Shown in pieces: positions 50,345 through 63,961 of a DNA stretch of 64,000 nt. The notes below the pieces were generated by a model. It was not told where the DNA came from and did no database searches. It saw only the letters and a program-made list of their open reading frames with translations. Location of the stretch: contig OX597839.1 of the NCBI GenBank assembly GCA_951406725.2, positions 24,676,001 to 24,740,000 of the forward strand. Reading direction: 5' to 3'. The stretch's first letter is position 1. Each line of letters begins with the position of its first letter. The position numbers were made by a program, and so were the translations under genes. The stretch is from Octopus vulgaris. Its lineage: Eukaryota.

Positions 50345-50920
50345 AATGGGCTTCTTTCAGTTTTCGTCTACCAAATCCACTCACATGGCTTTGGTTGGCC
50401 TGAGGCTATAGTAGAAGACACTTGCCCAAGGTTGCCACACAGTGGGACTGAACCCAGAACCATGTGGTTGGGTAAGAAGCTTCTTAACACACAGCCATGC
50501 TTGTGTCTATTACTCTCTCTTTTATTCTTTTCTTGTTTCAGTCATTTGACTGCGGCCATGCTGGAGTACCACCTTTAGTCGAGCAAATCGACCCCGGGAC
50601 TTATTCTTTGTAAGCCCAGTACTTATTCTATCGGTCTCTTTTGCCGAACCGCTAAGTAACGGGGACATAAACACACCAGCATCGGTTGTCAAGCAATGCT
50701 AGGGGGACAAACACAGACACACAAACATATACACACACACATATATATATACATATATATACGACAGGCTTCTTTCAGTTTCCGTCTACCAAATCCACTC
50801 ACAAGGCATTGGTCGGCCCGAGGCTATAGCAGAAGACACTTGCCCAAGGTGCCACGCAGTGGGAATGAACCCAGAACCATGTGGTTAGGAAGCAAGCTTC
50901 TTACCATGCAGCCATGCTTG
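50345..50920 (-). mobile_element. Family A 5'-half copy (50345-50500) and full copy (50520-50920)
   Basis: Consensus match. Confidence 0.85.
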
Positions 50921-51036
50921 TGTCTATTGTTGAAATTGTTTTTATAAATAACTTTACATAAAAACAAACAATAATGTGTGAGCTTGCGTGAATGCTTTGC
51001 ATGTATAGAGGTATGTGTGTGTGTGTTTAATAGTAG

Positions 51037-51080
<44 letters not shown>

Positions 51081-51319
51081 TGAGAGATTGCATCACTGAC
51101 CGAATTTAACGAATATCAATGTAGCGCATCATTTTAATTGAAGAGTCTTTAAAATAGGGGAGAGAGAGAGGGAGAGAGAGAGAGAGAGAGAATGGACTTT
51201 AATGGAGAGTAAGGGTGATCGTGGGAAGAGGTGACAGATGTGGTGTGTAGGGGGTAGGGGTAGGTGGTGCGAGGGGTTACAGGTTGTAATGGCAGGGGTT
51301 GCAGTGGTGTATAGCATGC

Positions 51320-51710
51320 ATGTATGGGTGGCAGTGTGTGTGGATGACTGTGGCATGTGTATTGCAGTGTGTGTGTGTGTATGGCAGTGTGTGTGTGTGT
51401 GTATGGCTATGCATGCATGGCAGTGTGAGTGTATGGCAGTGTATGTGTGTGTGTATGGCAGTGTGTGTATGGCAGTGTGTGTGTGTGTATGGCAGTGTGT
51501 GTGTGTATGGCAGTGTATGTGTGTGTATGGCAGTGTGTGTGTGTGTATGGCAGTGTGTGTATGTGTATGGCAGTGTGTGTGTATGGCTATGCATGCATGG
51601 CAGTGTGAGTGTATGTGTGTGTGTGTATGGCAGTGTGTGTGTGTGTATGGCAGTGTGTGTGTGTGTATGGCTATGCATGTATGGCAGTGTGAGTGTATGG
51701 CATTGTATGT
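51320..51710. repeat. GTATGGCA(GT)n minisatellite
   Basis: Direct reading. Confidence 0.9.
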
Positions 51711-51931
51711 GTAATAGTATGTGTGTGGGGGAAGTATTGTACGCATGATAATGTGTGTGTGTGTGTGTGTGTGACAGAATGGTGTGACAGTGTGGGACAG
51801 AATGGTGTGACAGTGTGTGACAGTGTATACGAGGCACAACTGTCTCCAGCCCAGTTCAGTCGAAATTCCTGACAGGAATATAAGTTCTCAGGAATGTTTG
51901 GTGCATTCTTGATTAATGAGGTGAAATGGTT

Positions 51932-52180
51932 CACATCAATGAAATCTCAAAGCTATGAGATAATCCATGATTAATTGAAAACAATGTGATTAAATAAGGA
52001 TTACATTTGTCAGAATAATTTGGACGCTAAAGAGTTAATATTAATGGTATATATATATCCATAATGTATACACATATTAAATATTTGACCTGTTTTATGT
52101 GCAGAGTGGCCAAGGCTGGCCTCTTACACCTACCCTACAATGTCCTTCTAAAAGTAAACAATCCCATCATTGAAATCTCA
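51932..52180 (+). mobile_element. Two partial MITE-1 copies in tandem
   Basis: Homologous to 46350-46570; right end CGCTAAAGAG-TTAA. Confidence 0.7.
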
Positions 52181-52495
52181 AATTTTCCTTTCCCAAAACT
52201 TTGGTTAGGGCTCAAGTCTTATGAGTGGAAATTTGATAAGTGGAAACTGTACTGAAACCGTATGAGTACCTGGAATTCAAAATCCCGTCCATCTTACCAT
52301 CAGCTGAGTGTTGTACCAACTCTGCTTAAGGAGTACATTAAATGTTCACATGTCTGTGAAATACTCAGCCACTAAAAATGTCAATTCCAAAGACAGGTAG
52401 TTCAGTTGGTCAAACAACCGAATAGACTTAGGTCTTCTATGAGTTCCAGGGCTCATAAGGACCAAGCTTAACCTTCTGCCTGTCATTTGTCTGTT

Positions 52496-52923
52496 CTTGG
52501 TCTCAAGCATTTGTCTTATGAAGAAAGGCTGAAGACGCTTGACCTTTATTCTCTAGAAAAACGCCGACGCTGTGGTGATCTCATTCTTGCTCACAACATC
52601 ATAAGCGGAAAGTGTAACCTCTCGAAAGGGCTGTTCTTCACTCCTGCTCCAGAGCGTCAGCTGCTGGGTCACTCCGAAAAGCTCAATCTGCGACGATTTC
52701 ATCTCAATCGAAGGAGAGGGGCTTTCTCCGTCCGGGTTGCGGATCCATGGAATAAGCTACCGCACGAGATAGTGAAGATGCCGACGACCGCTCGGTTCAA
52801 AGTCTCTCTTGACCAGAAATGTCCTGAACTCTTTGCATGAACACCACCCTGTAAATAACTCCATGTCCCCCTACATGGCCTTGCTTTTTGCTTTTTGAGC
52901 CAAAAAATTAACTTAACTTAACT
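52496..52923 (+). mobile_element. CR1-clade LINE 3' fragment
   Basis: GLKHLSYEERLKTLDLYSLEKRR..GDLI..GHSEKL..FSVRVADPWNKLP followed by an (AACTT)n tail. Confidence 0.9.
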
Positions 52924-53274
52924 ATTTCTTCTTTTATATGATACCCAGGACAAATTTCCATGGTCTTCCTGCATCATATGTGATACACATTCCCAGCCGT
53001 TATCTTATTTTTTCAACCCCAAAAGCAATTTGGGACTTAAGAAAGGAAAGCCTTATATTATACAAAACGTATGAAATAAGGACTAACTAAAAGTCTGAAA
53101 ACAAACATGGATGTTTAGGGGAAACTTATGAAAGCTTCAGACAAGCAAAGGGTTAACTCATTCTAGGGAGTCACTCAGTGTCTGTTACTCTCCTTAATGC
53201 CTTGCTTGCACTTTCTTTTCACATGTGGCACACAGGACATGCTTCCCTGGCATCCATGCATCATATAGGATACA

Positions 53275-53600
53275 CCATCATCCTTACCATCATTTAACGT
53301 CCGTTGTCCATGCTGGCATGGGTTGGATGGTTGACCAGAGTTGGGAAGCTGGAAAGCTGCACCAGACTCCTGTCTGAATTGGCATGGTTTTCTACGGCTG
53401 GATGCCTTTCCTAATGTCAACCACCCTGAGAGTGTAATGGGTGCATTTACATACCACCGGCACGGGTGCCATTTACGTGACACCAGTATCTGCCATGACT
53501 GCGATTTTACTTGACTTGAAGGGTCTTCTTCCCAAACACGACATAATGCCAAAGATCTCAGTCATTGAGAGGAACTCGGTCACTATGCCTCCATGAGGCC
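53275..53600 (-). mobile_element. SINE family C nested in the MITE-2 array
   Basis: Family C core in reverse orientation. Confidence 0.75.
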
Positions 53601-55149
53601 CTTATATATCTCCAATCTTTTCCCAACAAACCAGAATAACTTAGGATTTATGAAAGGAAAAGTTTATATTACTCAAAATGTATAAAACAAGGGTTAACTA
53701 AATGTCTGAAAATGAGCATGGACGTGTAGGGGAAACTCATGGAAATGTTTTGGACAGATAAAAGTTTAACTCATACTATAGACTTTGAGTCACTCTGTTA
53801 GACTCCTTTACTCACACTATGGAGTTTGAGTCACTCAATATCTGTTACTTTCTTTAACCTTTCACCTCTCCTTTCCTTTCACATGTGATACCCAGGACAT
53901 ATTCCCCTGGCATGCATGTACCATAATATGATACACATTCCCAATTATTTTCAGCCACCAGACTAACTTGGGATTTAAATGAAGGGATGCTTTATATTAC
54001 TGAGAATATATGAAACAAGGGCTAACAAAAAACCTGAAAACGAGCATGGATATTTAGGACAAACTTAGGAAAATGACTAGGACTGGCAAAGGGTTAACTC
54101 ACACTATGGAATTTGAGTCACTCACTTGAGTAACTTATGTTTTGGAGCTCGAGTCACTCAATATATGTTACTCTCCTTAAACCCCTTTGCCTGTCCTTTC
54201 TTATCACATGATACTCAGGACATATTTCCCTGGGGTCCCTGGTATCATATCTGATACACATTCCCAGTTATTTTTTTCTCAACCTCCAGAGTAACTTAGG
54301 ACTTGGGAGAGTTTTATATTGCACAGAACCCATGAAACAAGGGCTAACTAAAAATCTGGAAACAAGCATGGATGTTTAGGGGAAACTTAGGCAAATGATT
54401 TGGACAGGCAAAGGGTTAACTTATACTATGGAATTTGAGTCACTCACTTGAGTAACTTATGTTGTGGAGCTTGAGTCACTCAATATCTGTTTCTCTCCTT
54501 AAACCCCTTTGCCTGTCCCTTCTTATCACATGATACTCAGGACATATTTCCCTGGGGTCCCTGGCATCATATCTGATACACATTCCCAATTATTTTTTTC
54601 TCAACCTCCAGAGTAACTTAGGACTTGGGAAAGTTTTATATTGCACAGAACCCATGAAACAAGAGCTAACTAAAAAATTGGAAACAAGCATGGATGTTTA
54701 GGGGAAACTTTGGCAAATGATTTGGACAGGCAAACGGTCAACCTCGTCTCCATGGTGTGTAAGTTATTGAGAGTACAAGACTCCCTTCCTAAATGAAACA
54801 CTGGTCCACTGCAGATTTAACTTCCCAGCAAACAACTGACCACACATTGTCAAGACAGACAGATCTGGTTCCAGCCATTAATTTCACCAGAAGCAGGCAA
54901 TGAAACTGCCAAGCTGCACCAGCGTTAAATACACAAAGTTGTTGGCCAAAATTTAACAAAGGTCATGATCCAGTGGTTCCTGGCCTTGGTTCATCAGGGA
55001 TCACAATGTTTGTTAAGGATATCACAGAACAACAGGAATTTTGGATGAAACACTGTTAAATCTGTTTCATATTTCGGTTTCCTTTTCTTCCTCTGTTGCA
55101 GTTGCTGTTGTTGTTGTTGTTGTTGTTGTCGTCATTGTTGTTCCCAACT

Positions 55150-55512
55150 TGTTCAAGAGATGGAAATTACACTCGCCTCCTTATGAGAGCTCAAAATCTC
55201 TCGTGGAAGCGCCATCCAACCAAAATGCAAATATATGGGAAACTACCACTTGTGTCATCTCTTGTGAAAGGTAGGAGAGTCCAGTTTGCTGGACATTGTT
55301 GTAGAGCTGAAAAAGAGGTAATTTCTACTCTTCTCCTCTGGAAGCCATCTACTCGCAATATCAGAGGGTGCACACTCTCCTACCCTGATGTAATCTCCAG
55401 GGATACAGGCATCCAGCAACAGGACCTCCATAATGCTATGATGGACCGTGAAGTCTGGCATAACATAGTAAATTCAATTGTCTCGACCACAGTCGAACAA
55501 TGATGATGATGA
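55150..55512 (+). mobile_element. 5'-truncated RTE LINE with 11-bp TSD
   Basis: Same family as 21300-22040; (TGA)n tail; TSD TGTTCCCAACT at 55139-55149 and 55513-55523. Confidence 0.9.
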
Positions 55513-55689
55513 TGTTCCCAACTGCTGTTTCTACCGGCAACCAATTTATCAACAAAGATTCCGATATTCCAAAATATGAAGTTCTACAACGGAATAACAC
55601 CAAAAGCACTTCTCTAGGAGATCAAAGACTCTCTGCTGATTGCAAGATCTATATGCCTTTGTTTCTTATGCATATAAGAACAAAATACT

Positions 55690-56058
55690 GCGCAGGCGTG
55701 GCTGTGTGGTAAGTAGCTTGCTTACCAACCACATGGTTCTGGGTTCAGTCCCACTGTGTGGCACCTTGGGCAAGTGTCTTCTGCTATAGCCTCTGGCCAA
55801 TCAAAGTATTGTGAGTGTATTTGGTAGACGGAAACTGAAAGAAGCCCATCGTATGTGTGTGTGTGTGTGTGTGCACGCATGCATGTGTGTTTGTCCCTCC
55901 ACCATCACTTGACAACCAAAGCTGGTGTGTCTACGTCCCAGTAACTTAGCGGTCCAGCAAAAGAGACTGATAGAATAAGTCCTGGGGTCGATTTATTCGA
56001 CTAAAGACGGTGCTCCAGCATGGCCACAGTCAAATGACCTAAATAAATAAAAGAATAA
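55690..56058 (+). mobile_element. SINE family A
   Basis: Consensus match. Confidence 0.85.
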
Positions 56059-56441
56059 ATCAAAAAAGGAATATTAACAAAAGATACCTTGGAAGTCACT
56101 TAAAGCTATGTGCCACCATTATGGCTACGTCCACCTTGTCCTCTTTGGCAATAGTGACCCAAAAGAAAATGGTTCCATTAGCTTCTGGCAAAATGCTGAG
56201 AAGAAGGCAATATGAAGAATGTAAAATAAAATTTGGTCTGTAATTTTTGGCTGAATCGGTACCTCTGTGTGTGTTTTGGTAACAAAATCTGGTTACATGA
56301 AATTTATTGACGTTCATAGCTTATTCAAACTAATTAGTAGTAATTTAAGACTGATTAATACTAAATTGATTGCAACTAATTAATAGTGCAGTTGTTTTGT
56401 ATAGATTGAAAATATCAATGCTGGGACAGCAAATATTGCTC

Positions 56442-56805
<364 letters not shown>

Positions 56806-57019
56806 CCTGCATACATAAAATCAAATATATATGTATATATATATACACACACACACACACGCATACATTCAAATACACATCTACAGACATGCATAAAAAC
56901 ATATTCTCATACACACACACACATCACCAGAATGCACATACACCAGCAATTATATATACACCAATATAACTGGAATACACATGTAAACATATATACACAT
57001 ATATATATATATACACACT

Positions 57020-57060
<41 letters not shown>

Positions 57061-58392
57061 GTGTATATCTATACACATGTATGTATAGCTATACACACAC
57101 ATGTATGCATACACATACTCATACACATATTCAACAGGAATGCACACACACACATATATACACATGTACACATACATATAACAAAAATGCTCATATACAC
57201 ACACACACACACACACATAGCAACAAGCTTACATACATATACACATGCACATAAGCACAAACACGTACACACACACACATGCACACACACAAACACATAT
57301 TGACCAATTCCAGTATTTATTGATTCTTAGGTCTGAACTAACACAAAAAAACAAAAAAAAAATCGAATTAAAAGAAGATAAAATATATAAAGTTTGGCAA
57401 AAAAACAAAAAAACAAAAAATCGATTTCTGCAAAGACTAAGAAAATTTATTCCAACCATCTACCGTGCGATGTTGTGCCATTCAAGCCTTTCCGAAGAAC
57501 CATTCTGAGAGCAAACCGCTGTTGAAGTGCTGAAATAATGAAGATCTTTTTAAAACGAGATTACTCGTTTCATACCAACACCCCCGTCGCCGCCACCACT
57601 CCACCCTCCTACGCCACTGATTCCAATAAAAGGTCACCCATCTGGAAACGTGTTATCTTTGATGGAAGATTCGATTAGATGTTTGTAGAATTTGTGTAGG
57701 AAATCTAATTTTGGATGGATTTTTTTCTTTTTTTTCCTTCTTTTTTTTTGGTTTTTTTTTTTTTGATTATGGTGGAGAAGAAAATTTCTTCTTGGAGAGA
57801 TTGGAAAAAGGAAATTAGAAAAATAAAAACAAAAAACAAAAAACAGAAAAAGAAAAGAAAAAAACACGAAAACAAATAAAAAGAAAAAAAAAATTTTTTT
57901 TAAAGTTTTATAAAACAATAGCAAAAAAAAACAAAACAAGACCAAATCAACAACAAAACAAAAATCAAACAAAAAAAAAAAAAAGCAGAATCTTTGTTAG
58001 GAAATCAAAACCTGTTTTAAAATCAGCTCCGTTTTAATTATCTAATCTTGCAGTAGAGCCATAGAGGCTACGTTAACGAAGGAACGGTGGTGATGGCGTC
58101 GGTGGAAGAGGAGAAGTCTTGGAGCTGGTAGAAGTGCATCGTTATTGTCCTGGTGTTGCTGTTGCTATTGTTGTTGTTGTTGTGGTTATTCTGAAGAATT
58201 CCTTTTGCTTGGCAAATTTTAAGAAAGTCTATTTATTATTTCTGCTATATGGCTTCAATAACCACTCGATTCTTTCGAGGTTTCCCCCTCCCCCACCATC
58301 ACCACCACCACCATCACCCACCCACACATCCCTCTGTTCAAGAAACAAAGCTTGTTTTTGTTTTTTTGTCTGTTGGATAGACATAATAATAA

Positions 58393-58434
<42 letters not shown>

Positions 58435-58728
58435 CAATAATAATGATAATAATACATACACAATAATAATAATAATGTTGCGTGTACATACACAAATATA
58501 CATGTTGTGTGTAAAACATACACAAATATAATAAATAATAATAATAAAAATGCACATAATATTCAAGACCATGTAGGTGCACCACCACCACCACCATTAC
58601 CACCAATGTTGGCTGGATAGATAAACATAGTTTGTAGATGTTGACCACCACCACCACAACCAACAACTGTGTAACAACTGGAATAAAACAGAACGAAAAG
58701 AAGAATAAAAATAAGCAGAAGAAAAGCA

Positions 58729-59275
58729 GATGTTGACTGGACAGATTGACACGCTGTGTAGATGTTGACTGGACAGATTGACACGCTGTGTAGATGTTGA
58801 CTGGACAGATTGACACGCTGTGTAGATGTTGACTGGACAGATTGACACGCTGTGTAGATGTTGACTGGACAGATTGACACGCTGTGTAGATGTTGACTGG
58901 ACAGATTGACACACAGTGTGTCAAGAAGAAAAAAAAAGAAGTAAAAAGTAACAATACAAAGAAAAAAAGCAACGGCGATATGTTGACTGGGCAGATTGAC
59001 ACAGTGTGTAGATGTTGACTGGACAGATTGACACGCTGTGTAGATGTTAACTGGGCAGATTGACACGCTGTGTAGATGTTGACTGGACAGATTGACACGC
59101 TGTGTAGATGTTGACTGGACAGATTGACACGCTGTGTAGATGTTGACTGGACAGATTGACACGCTGTGTAGATGTTGACTGGGCAGATTGACACAGTGTG
59201 TAGATGTTGACTGGACAGTGTGTAGATGTTGAGTGGACAGATAGACACAGTGAGTAGATGTTGACTGGACAGATT
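58729..59275. repeat. 32-bp minisatellite in two blocks
   Basis: GATGTTGACTGGACAGATTGACACGCTGTGTA x6 (58729-58920), then an A-rich spacer, then about 9 more copies. Confidence 0.95.
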
Positions 59276-59447
59276 TCAACAGGGAGGTATGTGGGTAGGT
59301 AAGTAGGTAGGTTGGTAGGGAGGTAGATAGGCAAGCAGGCAGACAGAGAGATACATGGACGAAACAGACAGGACAGATATACAGATAGACAGATGGATAG
59401 ATAAATGAAACAGGCAGGACAAACAGACAGACAGATGCATGGATAGA

Positions 59448-59482
<35 letters not shown>

Positions 59483-60059
59483 GTTGATAGACTGACAGGC
59501 AGATGCATAGATAGATAGATGCGTAGATAAAAAGACAAGGTACATCAATAGTTAGATAGATAAATAGATGCATGGATGGATGACCAAACAGATGGATGGC
59601 TACATTCACACACACACAGACACACACACAGAAGAGCTAACCGTTTAATGTCGTTTCTTAAACAATTTCCAATCATTTCCTCTTCTCGTATGGCTAATCA
59701 ATAATCAATACTGAACCAATTTCTCCTTCATTTCAGTATTTCTTTCCCTCTTTTTTCTTCTCCCTTTTTTCTCAGTTACAACCCTTATTGCTCCCCATCG
59801 GCATCTATTCTGCGGTTCCTCAAGTTAATGTTTGGGAAATTTTCCTCATAAGATTTTGGTCAATAATCCAAGATCCAAGATTTTGGACATGATCCAAGAA
59901 GTGCCATACACACACACACACACACTGGGATTGAACCGAAATCCATGTGGTTGGGAAGCCAACTTCTAAACCACATGACCATACTTGTGCTCACTACAAC
60001 CTTCGTTAAGGACTGTGACTGATTAAATTCCTCAGCACCATTCCACCAAAGTTCAATCA

Positions 60060-60410
60060 TGACAGATAGATGGGACACACAGACAGACAGACACATGATG
60101 GACAGATAAAGAGATAGACAGACAGACAGACACATGATGGACAGATAGAGAGATAGACAGATAGACAGACAGACAGACACATGATGGACAGATAGAGAGA
60201 TCGACAGACAGACAGACTGACACATGATGGACAGATAGAGAGATCGACAGACAGACAGACAGACACATGATGGACAGATAGAGAGATAGACAGACAGACA
60301 GACACATGATGGACAGATAGAGAGATAGACAGACACATGATGGACAGATAGAGAGATAGACAGACACATGATGGACAGATAGAGAGATAGACAGACAGAC
60401 AGATAGATAG
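60060..60410. repeat. ~40-bp GACA-based minisatellite
   Basis: Anchor GACACATGATGGACAGATAGAGAGAT with variable (GACA)n. Confidence 0.9.
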
Positions 60411-60499
60411 AGACAGATGGATGGATGGATAGATTAATAGATTGATAGATGGATAAAGAAACAGATGGATATATAGACAGATGGACAGACAGATATATT

Positions 60500-60936
60500 A
60501 ATTTCTTTACTAACCACAAGGGGCTAAACACAGAGGGGACAATCAAGGACAGACAAACGGATTAAGTCGATTATATTGACCCCAGCGTGTAACTGGTATG
60601 TCGGGCAAAATGCTTAGCGGTATTTCGTCTGCCGTTACGTTCTGAGTTCAAATTCCGCCGAGGTCGACTTTACCTTTCATCCTTTCGGGGTCAATAAATT
60701 AAGTACCAGTTACACTCCGGGGTCGATGTAATCAACTTAATACCTATGTCTGACCTGGTTTGTCCCCTCTATGTTTAGCCCCTTGTGGGTAATAAAGAAA
60801 TAGGTACTTATTTAATCGACCCCGAAAGGATGAAAGGCAAAGCCGACCTCGGCGGAATTTGAACTCAGAACGTAACGGCAGACGAAATACGGCTACGCAT
60901 TTCGCCTGGCGTGCTAACGGTTCTGCCAGCTCGCCG
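60500..60936 (-). mobile_element. SINE family B containing an antisense family B copy (60599-60802)
   Basis: The host is split at AACTGGTA|..|GGTACTTATTT. Confidence 0.85.
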
Positions 60937-61282
60937 ACAGACAGATATATTGATGGACAGACATTCAGACAGATTGATAGACAAATAAACTGCGAGCCAG
61001 ATAGACAGACAGATTGATTATTAAGGGAGTGGAATGTCCAAAACAGTAAAGTATCAAACCAAAATATATGGGTGTCATGAGTTACCTCCTCCTTCTACTT
61101 CTGAGTTCAAATTCGGACAAGGCTTGCCTTTTGCTTTCATATTTCCAAGGTCAATCATAAAATAATTTGTAGGTAAGTGTTATGATTAATGGCCATCGAC
61201 CACAACCCCACCCCCACTACCACCACCACTAATTTGTGGCTTCAGGCCAATGCGAGAATTTATTACTTCAGGAAAAGCCAAT

Positions 61283-61790
61283 ATAATTATCATCATCATC
61301 ACCATCACCATCATCATCATCTTCACCATCATCATCATTATTATCGTTGTTGTCATCATCATCATCATCATCATCATGATCACCATCATCATCATCACCA
61401 TCACCATCACCATCACCATCATCATCTTCACCATCGTCATCACCATTATCATCATCATCGTTGTTGTTGTCATCATCTTCGTCATCATCATCATTATTAT
61501 CGTTGTTGTCATCACCATCATCATCACCATCATCATCATCATCTTCGTCATCATCATCATAATTTTCATCTTCGTCATCATCATCATTATTATCGTTGTT
61601 GTCATCATCGTCATCATCATCAGTTAACATCTGTTTTCCATGCTGGCATGGGTTGTAAAGTTTAACTGGGAGCTCGTAAGACCAGGAGTCATACCAGGCT
61701 CCAACTGCCTGGCATGGTCTCTAGGGCTGGATGCCCTTCCTAATGCCAACCTCTTTGCAGAGTGTGTAACCAAGTGCTTTTTATGTGGCA
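61283..61790 (-). mobile_element. Family C SINE 3' part with an expanded (CAT)n-derived tail
   Basis: Core GGCTGGATGCCCTTCCTAATGCCAACC plus a ~340-bp CAT/CAC/TGT tract. Confidence 0.7.
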
Positions 61791-62450
61791 CTAGCAATGC
61801 GTGCTTTTTGGGGTAGTGCTGGCAACTGTGTGGTACCAGCATGGAACTAGATCAATAATGATTGTCATCACCACCACCACCACCACCACCACCACCATTA
61901 TCATTATGGTTTAACTTTCATTAAAATCATGGTTCAATCTTGGGTCCAGATGGTACATTGTATCCTTGAGCAAGGCACTTCACTTCACATCGCCCCAGTC
62001 TTAGTCGTAAACGAGTACCATCTCAGAGTTGGCTCCATTCTTCTCCCACTGACCATCCTTGTTCCACTGGGTCAAGAATGGGAGGGCCACAATGGCATCT
62101 ACATCAGCTCATCCTGACCACACAGGCACCTGCAACAATTAGTGAAAACATGGTACAATGCTACCCAACCAGACTCAATCACTATAGAAACAGCTGGCTT
62201 TACATAGTATAGCACTATTATGCTATGAAACAATATTGTTGTTGTTTAGTTCCAGGTCAGCCCTAATTAAATAGACCCATGATCGAAGGCAATCCAAACA
62301 TGACCATCTCGGCGTTTTGCATATCTAAATGTATATTTACCAGGGATGACTTGAGGAAACTTGGCTGCTATTTATAGCAAATCAAAGGATCTCATAGAGG
62401 CTCTCCTTCTAGTAGCACTACCATACTAGTAATATAGCACTACCATACTA

Positions 62451-63740
62451 TGAGGTCATCCCATAAGTTCTGTCCGATTTTACCTTTTTTTTAAAAATTG
62501 AATGTATTTTAATAGTATTGTAGAATGTCTAATGGAATTAAAAATTATTCTTATGCATTTGTGTACATTTAAACTAATTGAATATTATTTTATAGAATAA
62601 TAGTATTAAAATTTCTTTGATTAAAACCCTTTCTCACATGGAAGTATCCAAAGAGCATTTGAGGCACATAATGCTTTATGAGTACAAAAAGGAAACTCTG
62701 CAGCCGAAGCGACTCGAAACCCTACACTCAGTTTATGGGAAAGAATGTTTGAATGAAAAAACTTGCAGAAGATGGTTTGCAAAATTCAGAAGAGGAGATT
62801 TCAGCCTTGAAGATGAAGATCGAACAGGACGTCCAGTTGAGTTTGATGATAAGCTCCTTGAGGCATTACTTGAAGAAAATCCTGCATTATCAGTTGAAGA
62901 ATTGGCAATAAAGCTTAGTTCAAACCACACAACTGTTCATCAACATCTTCAACAACTTGGAAAGGTTCCTAAACAAGGAAAATGGATGCCTCATGAATTG
63001 TCCGAAAGCAACCACAAATCCCGAGTTGACATCTGCTCTTCTCCATTCTTGCAAACTCATTTCACCCTTTTTGGATAGATTTGTGACTGGTGACGCAAAA
63101 TGGATCTTCTATCGAAATGTCAAATGTCGTAAAGAGTGGCTTGGTAAAAGGGAAAAAACTCAACCCACAACCAAGAAGGGAATTTCATGGGAAAAAGGTT
63201 CTTCTCTCTATCTGGTGGGATTGCAAAGGAGTAATTCACTTTGAATTGTTACCACCTAATGCAACAATCAATGCTCAAGTCTACTGTCAGCAATTAGAGC
63301 ATTTGAACCAAGCTTTGAAGAGAAAAAGATCTGCTTTAGTGAATCAAAAAGGGGTGATGTTTCATCAGGACAATGTGCGACCCCACACTGCAAAGATCAC
63401 ATCACAGAAGATCGAAGAGCTTGGTTGGGAAAAAATTCCTCATCCACCTTATTCTCCCAACATTGCTCCTTCAGACTACCATTTGTTTTGTAGTTTACAG
63501 AATTATTTGGGGGACATAACTTTCACAAGCCAGGAGGAGGTCAAAACTGACATTTCAGAGTTCTTCACTTTGAAACCAAAAGAGTTTTACATTGATGGGA
63601 TTAAAAAGCTTGTAAATAGATGGAAGGAAGTCATAGATAATCAGGGAAAATACATTGATGATTAAATTTCAATTAAATATAACATTTGATCACTTGTTTT
63701 CTTTATTCAAAATTGAGACAGAACTTATGGGATGAACTGA
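62451..63740 (+). mobile_element. Near full-length mariner transposon (1290 bp)
   Basis: TA at 62449-62450 and 63741-63742; ~31-bp imperfect TIRs with core TCATCCCATAAGTTCTGTC. Confidence 0.95.
62638..63665 (+). pseudogene. mariner DD34D transposase pseudogene
   Basis: MEVSKEHLRH.., WFAKFR.GDFSLED..R.GRP, WMPHEL, VTGDAKW, HQD-34 aa-D (YSPNIAPSDYHLF). Split over three ORFs, with an extra compensating indel pair near 62690-62722. Confidence 0.93.
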
Positions 63741-63926
63741 TATTATACAGTAAGAATATAGAGCTGCTGTACTGTTCCATAGTAGAAATGTAGTATTTCT
63801 GTACTATTGCATAGAAACATAGTATTGCTATACTATAGCAGTAATATAGCAGTCAAACTATTATACAGTAGCAGTATAGTGCACCTGTACTATTACACAG
63901 TAGAAATATAGTACTGCTGTACTATT

Positions 63927-63961
<35 letters not shown>

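Larger units (their letters stand above)
52468..54741 (+). repeat. Tandem array of 5 units (~322 bp), each a piggyBac-type MITE-2 plus spacer
   Basis: 14-bp TIR CCCTTTGCCTGTCC (54183-54196) and GGACAGGCAAAGGG (54402-54415) with adjacent TTAA; period 322 bp between 54177 and 54499. Confidence 0.85.

Noticed and set aside
57651-57690. TGTTATCTTTG resembles the start of the miR-9 precursor
   Set aside because: The sequence diverges right after TCTTTG; no miR-9 mature sequence and no convincing hairpin
58906-58924. CAGTGT in a hairpin suggesting an iron-responsive element
   Set aside because: With CAGUGU as the loop the flanking 5-bp stem and C bulge do not form
58729-59275. CRISPR-like array of 32-bp repeats (also considered for 38480-39230)
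   Set aside because: No unique spacers, no cas genes, eukaryotic context
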